NCBI GenBank assembly: GCA_030653985.1
Contig: JAURYJ010000086.1
Coordinates: 16,725 to 80,724, forward strand
Length of the DNA: 64,000 bases
Direction: 5' to 3'
DNA from: Methylobacter sp.
GTDB taxonomy: Bacteria; Pseudomonadota; Gammaproteobacteria; Methylococcales; Methylomonadaceae
Part shown: in pieces, positions 18,637 through 31,410 of the stretch
How positions within the stretch are numbered: position 1 is the first letter of the stretch
Layout: each line of letters opens with the position of its first letter
Position numbers and translations under genes: made by a program
Notes under the pieces: generated by a model
What the model saw: only the letters and a program-made list of their open reading frames with translations
What the model was told of the DNA's origin: nothing
Database searches by the model: none

Positions 18637-21600
18637 ATGGAACAGAACAACCTTACACTTGGCATTCCCGGCTTTAACTACCCCGATTTATACGATTCTG
18701 CGCGTCTGAAAGAGTTGCTGGAGGCGTTTGATGCGTCGGTTGAACGCCATGATTCGCAGCTGCATAATGAATTCAAGGCTTACCGCCAGAATCAGGGTAT
18801 AGATTTGTCACCTGAAACGGTTTCCGATCTGCTGGTACGCATGGGGCCTTATGTCGGTCAGTTTGTCGCCAAGATTTTTAATGTTTCCGAACAGCATCAG
18901 GCTCAGTCCGCAACCATCAAGGACGAGATCGACAGCATTTTTACCTATAAAAATGAAATAGTCGACAAGCTGGCTTTCACCTTTAAAGGACAGGATGCGA
19001 GCGATTGGGCAATTCCTGCGATCCTGAACCGCTTTGATCTGCTGATCGATGCGGGCTTTCCCGAGGCCAATCAGGACGATGATCCCGAACACCGCGTAGC
19101 ACGAGTCGGCGCGGCTATCGGATTGCTGTACAGCCATTACAAGCTGATTGCCAAAGGCAAAGACAGCGATTACGAAAATGCCGATTGGGTTGCCGAGGCT
19201 CTGCGCGCCAAACTCGCCGCACATGACGAAGCGGCAAGCGAATTTAACGACATCATCAGCCTGAAAGATCCCGCTGAATTTATCAACGGCCTGATAGACA
19301 TCGTTCAGCGCTGGAGTTTTGTCGCCCAACAAGATAACGATGTGGTTGCGAACTGGCCGAGTTTTAAACTCCCGCAAAAACGCGATTTCGATAACCTGGT
19401 TGCCCATGAACTGGTTGATCGCGGCGAATTTAAAGCGTGGATGGGCGAGCAGGAACACCGCCGCCGCCGGGACGGTTTCAAGCTGACAGATTTACGAATG
19501 AACCAGCGCCAAGTCTTGTCCGAAGTCAATCACTGCATTTACTGCCACGAGCGTGACACCGATTCCTGCTCCAAAGGCATGCGCAACAAAAAAACCAATA
19601 CCTTCAAGGTTGATCCATTGGGTGTGACCACCATCGGCTGTCCGCTGGATGAAAAAATCTCGGAAATGCATCTGCTTAAACGCGGCGGCGACAATATCGG
19701 CGCACTGGCGATGATTATCATCGACAACCCAATGTGTCCGGGTACCGGGCATCGTATTTGCAACGAGTGCATGAAAGGCTGTATCTATCAGAAAACCGAT
19801 CCGGTCGATATTCCGCAAATTGAAACCAATGTACTGACCGATGTCTTGTTCATGCCTTACGGCTTTGAGATATACAGCTTACTGACCCGCTGGAATCCGC
19901 TAAACGTCAAGCGTCCGTATATGCTGCCTTACAACGGCAAAAACGCGCTGGTCGTGGGTTTAGGCCCCGCCGGTTATACGATGAGCCATTATTTATTGAA
20001 TGAAGGTTTCGGTGTCGCCGGAATCGACGGCTTAAAACTGGAGCCGTTGCCGGTGGCATTGACCGGCGACAGCGACAACCTGCCTGCGCCGATTGAGCAT
20101 TTCCAAGACCTGTACGAAGATCTGGACCAGCGTATCCTGGCCGGTTTCGGCGGCGTCGCCGAATACGGCATCACCGTGCGCTGGGACAAGAACTTCCTGA
20201 AAGTCATTTACCTGACCTTGCAACGACGCGAGGCGTTTCGCGCTTACGGCGGCGTCCGTTTTGGCGGCACGATTACGATTGAAGACGCGTGGACGATGGG
20301 CTTTGACCATATCTGTATCGCCTCGGGTGCCGGCAAGCCGACCGTTATCGACATGAAGAACAACCTGATGCGCGGCATCCGCAAAGCCTCGGATTTCTTG
20401 ATGGCCTTGCAATTGACCGGAGCCGCCAAGGCTTCTTCGCTGGCAAATTTGCAGGTGCGTTTACCGGCAGGCGTTATCGGCGGCGGCTTGACCGCGATGG
20501 ATACCGCAACCGAATTGATGGCGTATTATCCGGTACAGGTGGAAAAAACCCTGCATCGCTATCAAACGCTAGTTAACGTCTATGGCGAGCAAAGCGTTCG
20601 CGGTCGTTACGATCAGGAAGAAACCATCATCCTTGATGAATTCCTGGCACACGGCAAAGCCATACACGCAGAACGCCAACGTGCCGAAGCGGAAGGCGAA
20701 CAACCGGATTTCCAACCACTGGTCGAAGCGTGGGGCGGCGTCACCCTGTTTTATCGCAAAGGCATAAGCGATGCGCCCGCATACCGCCAAAATCACGAAG
20801 AAATCGCCAAAGCGTTGGAAGAAGGTATTGCTTTGGCTGAAGGCATGAGTCCAATCGCCGCCCTTGCCGACCCATACGGACATTTAAACGCCGTTGAGTT
20901 TGACAAACTGGTACTGGAAGAAGGTCGTTGGAACAACTCGGGGCAGTCAGTCAAGGTGCCGTTACGCAGCTTATACGTTGCCGCCGGCACCTCGCCGAAC
21001 ACTATTTATCAAAGCGAATATCCCGACACCTTTGTGATGGACAAATGGTTTTTTCAACGCTATCAGCCTGAATGGAGCAACGACTCGGTCGAATTAGTGC
21101 CAATGCATGATGACACCATGCCTAAGCTCGGTAAACCCGCGCCGCTGACCTCGTATCAAAAAGACGGCAAATTTATCAGCTTTTACGGTGACAACCATCC
21201 GGTTTATGCCGGCAACGTGGTTAAAGCCATGGCCAGCGCCAAAAACGGCTACCCTTACGTGGTCAAACTGTTTGAACAGGAATTGGCACGCTTAAATCCT
21301 GCCGGACAGCCGGAACGCGATGCGGCGTTAAAAGCCTTATTCGCTCAGCTGGATGAATCATTGAAAGCCACTATCGTCGCCATTAATCGACTGACGCCGA
21401 CGATTATCGAAGTCGTGGTCAAAGCGCCGATGGCGGCGGAAAAATTCCATCCCGGACAATTCTATCGCGTGCAAAACTACGAAGCCTTTGCGCCTGTGGT
21501 CGAAGGCACGGTGCTGGCTGCCGAAGGCTTAGCGCTGACCGGCGCCGAAGTCGATAAGGAAAACGGCACGATTTCGCTGATTGCGCTGGAAATGGGTTCA

Positions 21601-22338
21601 TCATCGCGTCTGTGCGCCACCTGGAAAGTCGGCGACCCGCTGGTGATCATGGGCGTAACCGGCACCCCGACCGACATACCGACCGGAAAAACCGTGTTAT
21701 TGCTCGGCGGCGGCTTGGGTAATGCGGTGCTGTTCTCCATCGGCAAGGCCTTAAGAGCGGCGGGCAACAAGGTGATTTATTTTGCCGGCTACAAATACGC
21801 GCAGGATCGCTTTAAAGTCGAGGATGTTGAAGCCGCCGCCGATATCATTATTTGGACAGTCGACAAAGGCGAAGGTGTTGAAGCCTTTACCCCAACACGC
21901 CCTCAAGACAAGACTTTTGTCGGTAATATCCTGGAATGTATGTTGGCTTACGCCCAAGGCGAGTTAGGTGAACAGCCGATTTCGCTGGCTGATGTCGATC
22001 ATCTGATCGTGATCGGCTCGGATCGCATGATGGCGGCGGTAAAAAACGCACGTTTCGATGTGTTGAAACCTTATTTAAATAAAGCGCATCACGCGATCGG
22101 CTCGATCAACTCGCCGATGCAGTGCATGATGAAAGGCATTTGCGCCCAGTGTTTATGCAAACATATCGATGCCGATACCGGTAAGGAGTACTTTGTATAT
22201 TCCTGCTACGACCAGGATCAGGATTTGGACAAGGTTGATTTCCCTCACTTGAATGCCAGGTTGCGACAAAATACCGTACAGGAAAAACTGTCTAATCTTT
22301 GGCTGGATTATTTGTTAGAAAAACAGCAACAGGATTAA
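18637..22338 (+). CDS. Large Fe-S flavoprotein: GltD/NfnB-like domain fused to PyrK/NfnA (FNR-like, 2Fe-2S) domain
   Basis: CIYCH..CSKG..GCP and CPGTGHRICNECMKGC Fe-S motifs; GLGPAG and GGGLTAMD nucleotide-binding motifs; C-terminal PGQFYR, GGGLGNA and MQCMMKGICAQCLC. Confidence 0.8.
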   Translation: MEQNNLTLGIPGFNYPDLYDSARLKELLEAFDASVERHDSQLHNEFKAYRQNQGIDLSPETVSDLLVRMGPYVGQFVAKIFNVSEQHQAQSATIKDEIDSIFTYKNEIVDKLAFTFKGQDASDWAIPAILNRFDLLIDAGFPEANQDDDPEHRVARVGAAIGLLYSHYKLIAKGKDSDYENADWVAEALRAKLAAHDEAASEFNDIISLKDPAEFINGLIDIVQRWSFVAQQDNDVVANWPSFKLPQKRDFDNLVAHELVDRGEFKAWMGEQEHRRRRDGFKLTDLRMNQRQVLSEVNHCIYCHERDTDSCSKGMRNKKTNTFKVDPLGVTTIGCPLDEKISEMHLLKRGGDNIGALAMIIIDNPMCPGTGHRICNECMKGCIYQKTDPVDIPQIETNVLTDVLFMPYGFEIYSLLTRWNPLNVKRPYMLPYNGKNALVVGLGPAGYTMSHYLLNEGFGVAGIDGLKLEPLPVALTGDSDNLPAPIEHFQDLYEDLDQRILAGFGGVAEYGITVRWDKNFLKVIYLTLQRREAFRAYGGVRFGGTITIEDAWTMGFDHICIASGAGKPTVIDMKNNLMRGIRKASDFLMALQLTGAAKASSLANLQVRLPAGVIGGGLTAMDTATELMAYYPVQVEKTLHRYQTLVNVYGEQSVRGRYDQEETIILDEFLAHGKAIHAERQRAEAEGEQPDFQPLVEAWGGVTLFYRKGISDAPAYRQNHEEIAKALEEGIALAEGMSPIAALADPYGHLNAVEFDKLVLEEGRWNNSGQSVKVPLRSLYVAAGTSPNTIYQSEYPDTFVMDKWFFQRYQPEWSNDSVELVPMHDDTMPKLGKPAPLTSYQKDGKFISFYGDNHPVYAGNVVKAMASAKNGYPYVVKLFEQELARLNPAGQPERDAALKALFAQLDESLKATIVAINRLTPTIIEVVVKAPMAAEKFHPGQFYRVQNYEAFAPVVEGTVLAAEGLALTGAEVDKENGTISLIALEMGSSSRLCATWKVGDPLVIMGVTGTPTDIPTGKTVLLLGGGLGNAVLFSIGKALRAAGNKVIYFAGYKYAQDRFKVEDVEAAADIIIWTVDKGEGVEAFTPTRPQDKTFVGNILECMLAYAQGELGEQPISLADVDHLIVIGSDRMMAAVKNARFDVLKPYLNKAHHAIGSINSPMQCMMKGICAQCLCKHIDADTGKEYFVYSCYDQDQDLDKVDFPHLNARLRQNTVQEKLSNLWLDYLLEKQQQD

Positions 22339-22358
22339 AGCCAATATCAACGCACCAC

Positions 22359-22398
22359 CCAAAGCCGGACGGGCATTATAGGCACCGTCCGGCTTTGG
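22359..22398. terminator. Hairpin between convergent genes
   Basis: CCAAAGCCGGACGG / CCGTCCGGCTTTGG, a perfect 14-bp stem about 20 nt after the stop. Confidence 0.55.
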
Positions 22399-22540
22399 CT
22401 GCGTCTGGTAGGGGAGTCAGCTAGTGGGTGGAAATCGAGTCATCGCCCGATGACAAGAAAAAACGTAGGGAAAAGCAAGAATACCGCTATAACCAACGGC
22501 TCAGAGTCGCAATTAGAGCCATAGCGACTCCGATTCGTTA

Positions 22541-24844
22541 TTAATCTCTTACCGGTGCAGGTGCCAGCACGACTCTTGAGCCATTGCTTTCCGGGGAACT
22601 GACAACGCCAGCCGCTTCCATATCTTCAATCATAGTTGCAGCACGGTTATAGCCGACTTTAAAGCGTCTTTGCACGCTGGATATTGAGGCTTTGCGAGTT
22701 TCTGTGACAAATTGCACTGCGTCATCATATAAGGCGTCACTTTCGGAATCGCCGCCATTGCCACCGCTCATGCTATAGCCATCATTGGAATCAGACGATT
22801 CGCGGGTGATGTCTTGCAGATAATTGGGCGGCGCGGTTTGTTTTAAAAATTCAACCACGCGATGCACTTCATGATCATCGACAAAGGCACCGTGAGCACG
22901 TATCGGAATACTGGTGCCTGAGGGTAAAAATAGCATATCGCCATTGCCTAGCAAGGTTTCTGCACCGCCTTGATCGAGTATAGTGCGCGAATCGATGCGT
23001 GATGACACCTGGAATGAAATCCGGGTCGGTACATTGGCTTTGATTAGACCGGTCAATACATCTACCGAAGGACGCTGCGTGGCCAGGACTAAATGGATAC
23101 CGGCCGCTCGGGCTTTTTGCGCCAGACGGGCGATCAGTTCTTCGACTTTTTTACCGACGATCATCATCATGTCGGCTAGTTCATCGATAACAATGACGAT
23201 GCTGGGCAGGGTGTTTAAGCTGGGATAGTCTTCGCCTTCTTCCAGCGGGTTGATCATTTGAAACATCGGATCCCTGACGCTCTCGCCTCTTGCGGTCGCG
23301 TCTTCTATCAGCTGATTGAATCCGGCAAGGTTTCTGACGCCCATTTTGGACATGAGTTTATAACGTCTTTCCATTTCGGCAACCGCCCAGCGTAGTGCGT
23401 TGCTGGCTTCTTTCATATCGGTGACAACCGGGGTCAATAAATGCGGAATGCCTTCATAAACCGATAATTCCAACATCTTCGGATCAATCATGATCAAGCG
23501 CACCTGTTCCGGCGTGGCCTTATAAAGCAGACTGAGAATCATAGTATTGATGGCAACCGACTTACCGGAGCCGGTAGTGCCTGCGACCAGTGCATGAGGC
23601 ATTTTGCCCAGATCGGCAACCATCGGTGTGCCGGAAATATCCTTGCCCATCGCTAGGGTCAGCATGGATTTGGATTTCTCGAACGGCGCTGACACCAATA
23701 ACTCGCGCAAGGTCACCATTTCCCGTTCCCGATTGGGAATTTCAAGACCGACTACTGATTTACCGGGGATAATTTCAACGATACGAACACTGGTAACCGA
23801 CAACGCCCTGGCCAAATCCTTGGACAGGGTGCTGATGCGACTGACCTTAACGCCTGCCGCAGGTTGTAACTCAAAACGAGTAATAACCGGACCAGGGTGA
23901 AAGCCGACCACGGTAACGGCAACGTTAAAATCGGCCAGAATATCTTCTACCAAGCGCGACATTTCTTCCAAATCGGTTTGCGAATAACCGATAACGCGGG
24001 TATCACGAAGATCGAGCAAATCCAGGGACGGCAACACACCTTTGCTAGAATCATATTTAATAGCAGGCTGTTTTTTGAGTGCACGACTGTTTTTTGCCGG
24101 ATTTTCTAACGGCTTTCCGATATTAGCTGTAGCTGTAGGTACAGCTATGGCTTTAGCGCTGACTTTTCTTTTAATCACCGACTTTTCGGGATTATTAACT
24201 CGCATTGCGATAGGTTTAACCGAGTGTCCCTGCAACAAAATCAGAATATTACTTCTAAGAACTCGACAGAGAAACACGGTATATTTACCGATAAAATCCA
24301 GCAACGCTACCCATGACAATCCGGTAACCAAGGTAACCCCAGCCAATAAAACCACTAACAACAGCAATGTCGCTCCCGAATTGCCCAGCATTCGCAACAA
24401 TAAATTGCCGGTTTCCTGACCTAAAATACCTCCGGTATTGCTGGGCAATTCAACGCCTGTTCTTAGCAGATACAAATTCAATAGCGCAGCACTCGAAATA
24501 ATGGTCGCTATTGATCCTATCCATTGCAGCGCGATAATCATTTTTTCGCGGTCATGTCTGCCGCGAGTGTAGAGTAAATAACCTTGCCAGAAAATAATAA
24601 CGGGGAATAAATAAGCCACCAAACCAAAACAGCTGAGCATGATATCAGAGAGCCACGCACCAAAAATACCGCAAGCGTTAGAGATGGTTTGCACTGACCC
24701 GCTATGCGTCCAACCCGCATCTTCGTTACTAAAAGTGATCAACGAAATTAAAAAAAATAATGCGACTGCGATGAAACCTAATAAAGCGATTTCACGTAAA
24801 CCACGAAAAGTTTTCTCTTCCATTACTGCAGCCATATTCAACAA
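22541..24844 (-). CDS. ftsK: DNA translocase FtsK
   Basis: N-terminal 4TM region; AGTTGSGKS; IDELAD; ATQRPS; gamma domain VGYNRAA. Confidence 0.98.
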   Translation of the reverse strand: MLNMAAVMEEKTFRGLREIALLGFIAVALFFLISLITFSNEDAGWTHSGSVQTISNACGIFGAWLSDIMLSCFGLVAYLFPVIIFWQGYLLYTRGRHDREKMIIALQWIGSIATIISSAALLNLYLLRTGVELPSNTGGILGQETGNLLLRMLGNSGATLLLLVVLLAGVTLVTGLSWVALLDFIGKYTVFLCRVLRSNILILLQGHSVKPIAMRVNNPEKSVIKRKVSAKAIAVPTATANIGKPLENPAKNSRALKKQPAIKYDSSKGVLPSLDLLDLRDTRVIGYSQTDLEEMSRLVEDILADFNVAVTVVGFHPGPVITRFELQPAAGVKVSRISTLSKDLARALSVTSVRIVEIIPGKSVVGLEIPNREREMVTLRELLVSAPFEKSKSMLTLAMGKDISGTPMVADLGKMPHALVAGTTGSGKSVAINTMILSLLYKATPEQVRLIMIDPKMLELSVYEGIPHLLTPVVTDMKEASNALRWAVAEMERRYKLMSKMGVRNLAGFNQLIEDATARGESVRDPMFQMINPLEEGEDYPSLNTLPSIVIVIDELADMMMIVGKKVEELIARLAQKARAAGIHLVLATQRPSVDVLTGLIKANVPTRISFQVSSRIDSRTILDQGGAETLLGNGDMLFLPSGTSIPIRAHGAFVDDHEVHRVVEFLKQTAPPNYLQDITRESSDSNDGYSMSGGNGGDSESDALYDDAVQFVTETRKASISSVQRRFKVGYNRAATMIEDMEAAGVVSSPESNGSRVVLAPAPVRD

Positions 24845-25048
24845 CTCGTTACATAAATTACTAACAAAACATAATTATAGATCAATAATGAGATGTTTCA
24901 CATTAATAATGCCCCAGATAAACTCTGGCACACATGTCTAAAATCATTCACCGGCCATACCGATAAAACAGTTTACGAAACACATTTTCGTCTTCATCAA
25001 ACTTCTTCGCTGACCTGAAACTTCGGCCTTCAGGGGAATTATTTGAGT

Positions 25049-25077
25049 TTGACAACGATGCATTGCATCGTTATCCT
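25049..25077 (+). promoter_or_regulatory. Sigma70-type promoter for trxB with palindromic operator
   Basis: TTGACA (25049-25054), 17-bp spacer, TATCCT (25072-25077); perfect IR AACGATGCA-T-TGCATCGTT at 25054-25072. Confidence 0.65.
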
Positions 25078-25171
25078 TTTTGTTATCCTCCTCGTTCACG
25101 GGGAGGAACAATCCACTGACCTCTATCCGTCGGCGGTTGTCACTCGACGGATGAGGTCGGGTGTGGATTGA

Positions 25172-26170
<999 letters not shown>

Positions 26171-26257
26171 AATCAGGCCAAAGACAAAAGGCGCAAGGCG
26201 AAAAACCTACCCCAAAAGCAAGCGGCTTTTAGCCTTAATATATATTCCCGTTCCTAA

Positions 26258-26953
26258 ATGCGACTAACTGTTCTCGATCCCAATAACCCTGACCAGGATT
26301 TTCCGTTGGTGAGCAAAGCCCTCCGTGAACCGGACGGCTTACTGGCAGTCGGTGGTTGCCTGTCCCAACATCGACTGTTAACCGCCTACCGGCATGGTAT
26401 ATTCCCCTGGTATAACCCTGGCGAACCTATCCTGTGGTGGTCGCCGAACCCGCGCTTAGTTCTATTTCCCGATAAACTGCTCATTTCCCGTAGTTTGCAC
26501 AAAACCCTACGTAAAAATATCTTTTCAGTCACCTTTGACCGAGCTTTTAATGACGTTATTGCGGCCTGTGCAGATCCCCGTAAAGACGCTGCCGGCACCT
26601 GGATAACGGACGAAATCAATGCCGCTTATAATCAACTGCACCAAGCTGGATTTGCCCACTCGGTTGAAGCTTGGCTAGACGATGAACTGGTTGGAGGATT
26701 ATATGGCGTCGCTATCGGACAGGTTTTTTTCGGCGAATCGATGTTTCACACCCGGACCGATGCCTCCAAAGTGGCCTTCGCCAGCCTGGTTAATCAGCTT
26801 AACACCTGGGGCTACCAGCTGATCGACTGTCAAGTGCGCACCAATCATTTGGAAAGCTTGGGTGCCGAGGAAATTAGTCGAGATGCTTTTACCGCATTAC
26901 TCGATCAGCATTGTGACGCCCCTGCCCTGTCATCGGCCTGGCAAGCTCAATAA
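26258..26953 (+). CDS. aat: Leucyl/phenylalanyl-tRNA--protein transferase
   Basis: AYRHGIFPW, LWWSPNPR, FFGESMF, DASKVA, IDCQ. Confidence 0.97.
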   Translation: MRLTVLDPNNPDQDFPLVSKALREPDGLLAVGGCLSQHRLLTAYRHGIFPWYNPGEPILWWSPNPRLVLFPDKLLISRSLHKTLRKNIFSVTFDRAFNDVIAACADPRKDAAGTWITDEINAAYNQLHQAGFAHSVEAWLDDELVGGLYGVAIGQVFFGESMFHTRTDASKVAFASLVNQLNTWGYQLIDCQVRTNHLESLGAEEISRDAFTALLDQHCDAPALSSAWQAQ

Positions 26954-26975
26954 CTGTCGTCCCGACACCGCACCA

Positions 26976-28466
26976 TTAACCGCGCTGTAATCGATAAAGT
27001 ATCAGACCTATGTTTGCCTGTTGAGTAAAATATTTAAAGCCAGTGAAATCTTCGTCGTTTAACGGTTCTCTACTCAACCCGCGATCCGCATAAATCAAAC
27101 CAATCGGTATTTTATTGAAAAAAATAGGCATCATAAAACATTCGTTTTTTCCAACCGCATTAATATCCCGTAGCGTGTACATCTTGACATTAACCGAAGG
27201 TTTAGCCCAGAAAGCTTGGGTGCCAGACAACGTGTGAAAAAAAATATTGGCAGGTGTTTCCATGACATGAAAAATGACCTTGTGCTCATAGCTGTCTTTG
27301 CGCCAGCCCAATGACAGTTTTTCTTTAAGGGACTGCTTATCGGCAACTAACAGGGAAAAAATAGTTCGATCCATGCCGACACCCCGATGAATCCCCTCAA
27401 GCACCGTCTCCAGTAGCAAGTTAATATCAAACCGATCACTTATTATTGACGTTATATCCTGTGAAATCTGAAATTGCAGTTGTTTTTTATCAAAAGCCGG
27501 CAACAATTCTTCAAAATCGATAGAGTGATTGATGCGACTTTGAATAAGCATCGCCGCGTCAGTGGCCCCAAATTGGCAGGCAATATCGAACGCAGTACTG
27601 GTATTATCTCTAAGCTTTTCAGTAATAACTTTTTGCGATTGATGGGTAAGCACTTCAATTTTTCTGACACACGCCTCATATTTTTTTGAACCGGTCCCTT
27701 CTTTTAACGCCTCGGTAATTTCATAACCTAATTGAACCAAGCCGACACGGGGATTTTTGTTCAATGCCTTTGGCTTGATCGATTCTTCAACCAAACTGCC
27801 TAATTTCCACGCTTTACTTAAAGAAGCGCCCAAGTCTATTAACTTAAAGCCCAGCACTTTTTTCTCGGCGTCTTCGCGACTGTAATTTTCATCTTTTATC
27901 AGTGCTTGAATGCGCTCTCCCTGTTCACCGCAAAAACACCAAAAAGAAATACTACCAATATGGTTAAGTAACGTGGCAATAAATACTTCTTCCGGCGATG
28001 CATCATTGGTCGCAATCGCTAGAGCTTTTGCGTGTACTGCGGCGTGAATGGCTTGAGCTATTTCTTCATTAGCCTGTTGTTTGTTGGTCGAAGATAAAAT
28101 ACTTTCCAAAAAAGAACAAACCAGCGTTAATTCACGAATAACCTCAGAACCAATCATAACAATGGCCCGTGACACTGTAACCATTTTCTGACGAGAGGGA
28201 TTGTAATGGGGGGTGTTGCTGATTTTTAATAACTTAACCGTCAGATTCGGATCCTGCAAAATAACAGCGGCCAATTCCATAGCGCCTTTTCTATCATCAC
28301 TCAAAATGTCATGAATACTTAACGCCGTATTAGAAAATATCGGCATTTCCTCATTACATAGCACATGTGTCCATCCATTAAGAGAAAGCGGCGCCGCTAT
28401 GATTTTAGGAGAGGCAACTTTCATTTCCATTATATTGAGACTAAGAAGCTCGTTTTTCGATGTCAT
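26976..28466 (-). CDS. HDOD domain signalling protein with C-terminal GAF-like domain
   Basis: ILQDPNLTVKLLKISN, TVSRAIVMIG, EEVFIATLLNHIG; C-terminal PIGLIYAD. Confidence 0.82.
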   Translation of the reverse strand: MTSKNELLSLNIMEMKVASPKIIAAPLSLNGWTHVLCNEEMPIFSNTALSIHDILSDDRKGAMELAAVILQDPNLTVKLLKISNTPHYNPSRQKMVTVSRAIVMIGSEVIRELTLVCSFLESILSSTNKQQANEEIAQAIHAAVHAKALAIATNDASPEEVFIATLLNHIGSISFWCFCGEQGERIQALIKDENYSREDAEKKVLGFKLIDLGASLSKAWKLGSLVEESIKPKALNKNPRVGLVQLGYEITEALKEGTGSKKYEACVRKIEVLTHQSQKVITEKLRDNTSTAFDIACQFGATDAAMLIQSRINHSIDFEELLPAFDKKQLQFQISQDITSIISDRFDINLLLETVLEGIHRGVGMDRTIFSLLVADKQSLKEKLSLGWRKDSYEHKVIFHVMETPANIFFHTLSGTQAFWAKPSVNVKMYTLRDINAVGKNECFMMPIFFNKIPIGLIYADRGLSREPLNDEDFTGFKYFTQQANIGLILYRLQRG

Positions 28467-29137
28467 TTAATTTTTTACCGGTCATACCGTAGGTCTTGCC
28501 AAAGCATCTATCTTTGCGGGCATCTCGCGCAAATCATGTTTTACTATAAAGGATATTCGTCACTACTCAGCCGTTAGAAAAATCAACCATAAACGTGATC
28601 GAAAATTTCCTTTACCAACCATAGCGCCGTATCCATATTAATCGTAACGGGATTGGCGCTCATAATATCAGCGACAATCATAATCTGAAACTCTCCCGGT
28701 TTTGAATCGCACATATTATCCCAACAGGTCAGTCAATATAGCGGCTTTTTACGACTCAAGGCTTGGCCTTAGTCACTATACCAACGCCAAATGACGCAAT
28801 AGATTAAGCCATTTTAGCGTTACTACAAATAACGCATGGGTTTTCTATGTTTTTACAAAGTTTTTAGGTTAAAATAGCCGACTTTCGAAGCGGGACGAGT
28901 GAGTAGCGATGGTGACCCAAATAAACGCACCCACTCGGCTTTGAGCTACCTGCCTGTATCCGACGCATTTCATCCACTCCGATGGCTACAGCCACCGCAG
29001 TCTTTAGGTTGAGTGACTGCGGTTATGACATGTAGTCCACCGCCCGGTACGAGCACTCAATAAGCACTCAATAGTTTGAATGCTTATTGAGTGAGGTCAC
29101 CAAAAAAGTTTTTTATGCCCAACTTTAGAGTAAAAAC

Positions 29138-31222
29138 ATGACAGATTTAGCGCATTACAGAAACATCGGCATCTTCGCTCACGTCGATGCCGGTAAAACA
29201 ACGACTACCGAGCGGATTTTAAAGCTTACCGGTAAAATCCACAAAATCGGTGAAGTTCACGATGGCGCGGCAACTACCGACTTTATGGAACAGGAGCAGG
29301 AGCGCGGTATCACCATTCAGTCTGCTGCGACTACCTGTTTCTGGAAAGACTATCGCTTTAATATTATCGACACCCCGGGACACGTTGACTTTACTATCGA
29401 AGTTTATCGTTCACTGAAAGTTCTTGACGGCGGTATCGGTGTTTTCTGCGGCTCAGGCGGTGTAGAGCCCCAATCAGAAACCAACTGGCGTTATGCGAAT
29501 GACTCTGAAGTTGCCCGAGTGATCTATATCAACAAACTGGATCGCATCGGCGCTGACTTCTACCGCGTGGTTAAGCAGGTTGAAGAAGTACTGGGCGCTC
29601 ACCCACTGGTCATGACTTTGCCTATCGGTACCGAAGACCAGTTCTCCGGCGTAGTAGACGTGTTAACGCGCAAAGCATGGATATGGGATGATTCCGGCGA
29701 CCCATTAAACTACACTGTCCAGGATGTTCCTGCCGACATGGTCGCTGATACCGAAAAATGGCGTGAAAAATTGATCGACGAAGTTGCCGATCAGTTTGAC
29801 GACGTCATGGAAAAATATCTTGAAGGCGAAGAACCCGATATCGACACCATTAAACGCTGCATCCGTAAGGGTACGATTAATCTGGATTTCTTCCCGACTT
29901 TCTGCGGTTCGTCTTTCAAAAACAAAGGCGTGCAGTTGGTACTGGACGGCGTTATCGATTACCTGCCTTGCCCGACCGAAGTTAAACCACAGCCTGAAGT
30001 CGATCTGGAAGGCGTTCCAACCGGCACCTTTGCTATCGTCGATGAGAACAAACCGCTACGCGCTTTAGCATTCAAAATCATGGATGACCGTTTTGGCGCG
30101 TTGACCTTCCTGCGTATCTACTCCGGCAAACTGGAAAAAGGCACGTCGGTACTGAATACCTTCACCGGCAAAACCGAACGTATCGGTCGTATCGTGGAAA
30201 TGCATGCCGACATGCGTGCAGAGCTTGATTCTGCCCAAGCGGGTGATATTGTTGCGGTTCTGGGCATGAAGAACGTGCAAACCGGCCATACCCTGTGTGA
30301 CCCGAAATTCCCGGCCACCTTGGAGCCGATGGTTTTCCCTGATCCCGTTATCTCACTCGCGATTTCACCGAAAGATAAAGCCGCTTCCGAAAAAATGGGT
30401 ATCGCACTGGGTAAAATGATCCAGGAAGATCCCTCTTTCCACGTTGAGACTGATGAAGACAGTGGCGAAACCATTCTTAAAGGTATGGGCGAGTTGCACC
30501 TTGATATTAAAGTCGACATCTTAAGACGTACTCATGGCGTAGACGTTGTCGTCGGTAAACCCCAAGTGGCCTACCGCGAAACCATTACCAAATCGGTTGA
30601 AGACGAATATACCCACAAAAAGCAATCAGGCGGATCAGGTCAATACGGCAAGATCAACTACATCATTGAGCCAGGCGAGCCAGGTTCCGGCTTTGTCTTT
30701 CAATCAGCGGTTACCGGCGGTAACGTACCCCGCGAATACTGGCCTGCAGTTGAAAAAGGCTTTAAAAGCATGCTGGATAAAGGCGTACTGGCCGGATTCC
30801 CTTGTCTGGACTTTAAAGTTATTCTGACTGACGGTGGTTTCCACGCGGTTGACTCCTCGGCGATTGCGTTCGAAATTGCTGCGAAAGCGGCGTTCCGTCA
30901 ATCAATCCCCAAAGCAGGTCCGCAACTGATCGAACCGATCATGAAAGTGGATACCTTTACGCCATCCGACCATGTCGGTGATGTTATCGGTGACCTTAAC
31001 CGTCGTCGCGGCATGATCAAATCTCAAGACGCTGCAGCAACAGGTGTTCGTATCAAGTCAGATGTACCGCTGAGCGAAATGTTCGGTTACATCGGCGACT
31101 TGCGCACCATGACCTCCGGTCGCGGTCAGTTCTCCATGGAATTCTCGCACTATATGCCGTGCCCGAAAAATGTGGCGGATGAAGTGATCAAAGAAGTGAA
31201 CGAACGCAACAAAAAGAAATAA
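29138..31222 (+). CDS. fusA: Elongation factor G (stand-alone copy, not in the str operon)
   Basis: [30 protein letters not shown]; no adjacent rpsL/rpsG/tuf. Confidence 0.97.
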   Translation: MTDLAHYRNIGIFAHVDAGKTTTTERILKLTGKIHKIGEVHDGAATTDFMEQEQERGITIQSAATTCFWKDYRFNIIDTPGHVDFTIEVYRSLKVLDGGIGVFCGSGGVEPQSETNWRYANDSEVARVIYINKLDRIGADFYRVVKQVEEVLGAHPLVMTLPIGTEDQFSGVVDVLTRKAWIWDDSGDPLNYTVQDVPADMVADTEKWREKLIDEVADQFDDVMEKYLEGEEPDIDTIKRCIRKGTINLDFFPTFCGSSFKNKGVQLVLDGVIDYLPCPTEVKPQPEVDLEGVPTGTFAIVDENKPLRALAFKIMDDRFGALTFLRIYSGKLEKGTSVLNTFTGKTERIGRIVEMHADMRAELDSAQAGDIVAVLGMKNVQTGHTLCDPKFPATLEPMVFPDPVISLAISPKDKAASEKMGIALGKMIQEDPSFHVETDEDSGETILKGMGELHLDIKVDILRRTHGVDVVVGKPQVAYRETITKSVEDEYTHKKQSGGSGQYGKINYIIEPGEPGSGFVFQSAVTGGNVPREYWPAVEKGFKSMLDKGVLAGFPCLDFKVILTDGGFHAVDSSAIAFEIAAKAAFRQSIPKAGPQLIEPIMKVDTFTPSDHVGDVIGDLNRRRGMIKSQDAAATGVRIKSDVPLSEMFGYIGDLRTMTSGRGQFSMEFSHYMPCPKNVADEVIKEVNERNKKK

Positions 31223-31234
31223 GCGGTAAATCCG

Positions 31235-31268
31235 GTAGGTTGGGTTGCCTGTTTCGGCAACCCAACCC
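31235..31268. repeat. GTAG-type REP palindrome after fusA
   Basis: GTAGGTTGGGTTGCC-TGTTTC-GGCAACCCAACC. Confidence 0.7.
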
Positions 31269-31410
31269 ATTGACAGACGATTGTCTAGCGGCTCGCTCAA
31301 CAACAGCGGCTCCATACCCTGCCCTATCCCCTCTCGTGCAACACATCGTGTTGGTATCGACTGCAGCACTTCCGTTCAGATCACCAACTCTCTTCTTTAG
31401 CAGAAAAACG

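Noticed and set aside
18808-19458. 216-aa antisense ORF, and the many other short overlapping ORFs in the track
   Set aside because: They lie within well-supported genes on another frame or strand and have no recognisable motifs.
22359-22430. Group II intron domain V or IS end
   Set aside because: Lacks the domain V/VI geometry and there is no reverse transcriptase or transposase; kept only as a hairpin.
29138-31222. Ribosomal protection protein (TetM-like)
   Set aside because: Full-length 694-aa protein with canonical EF-G motifs throughout; it is an EF-G paralogue.
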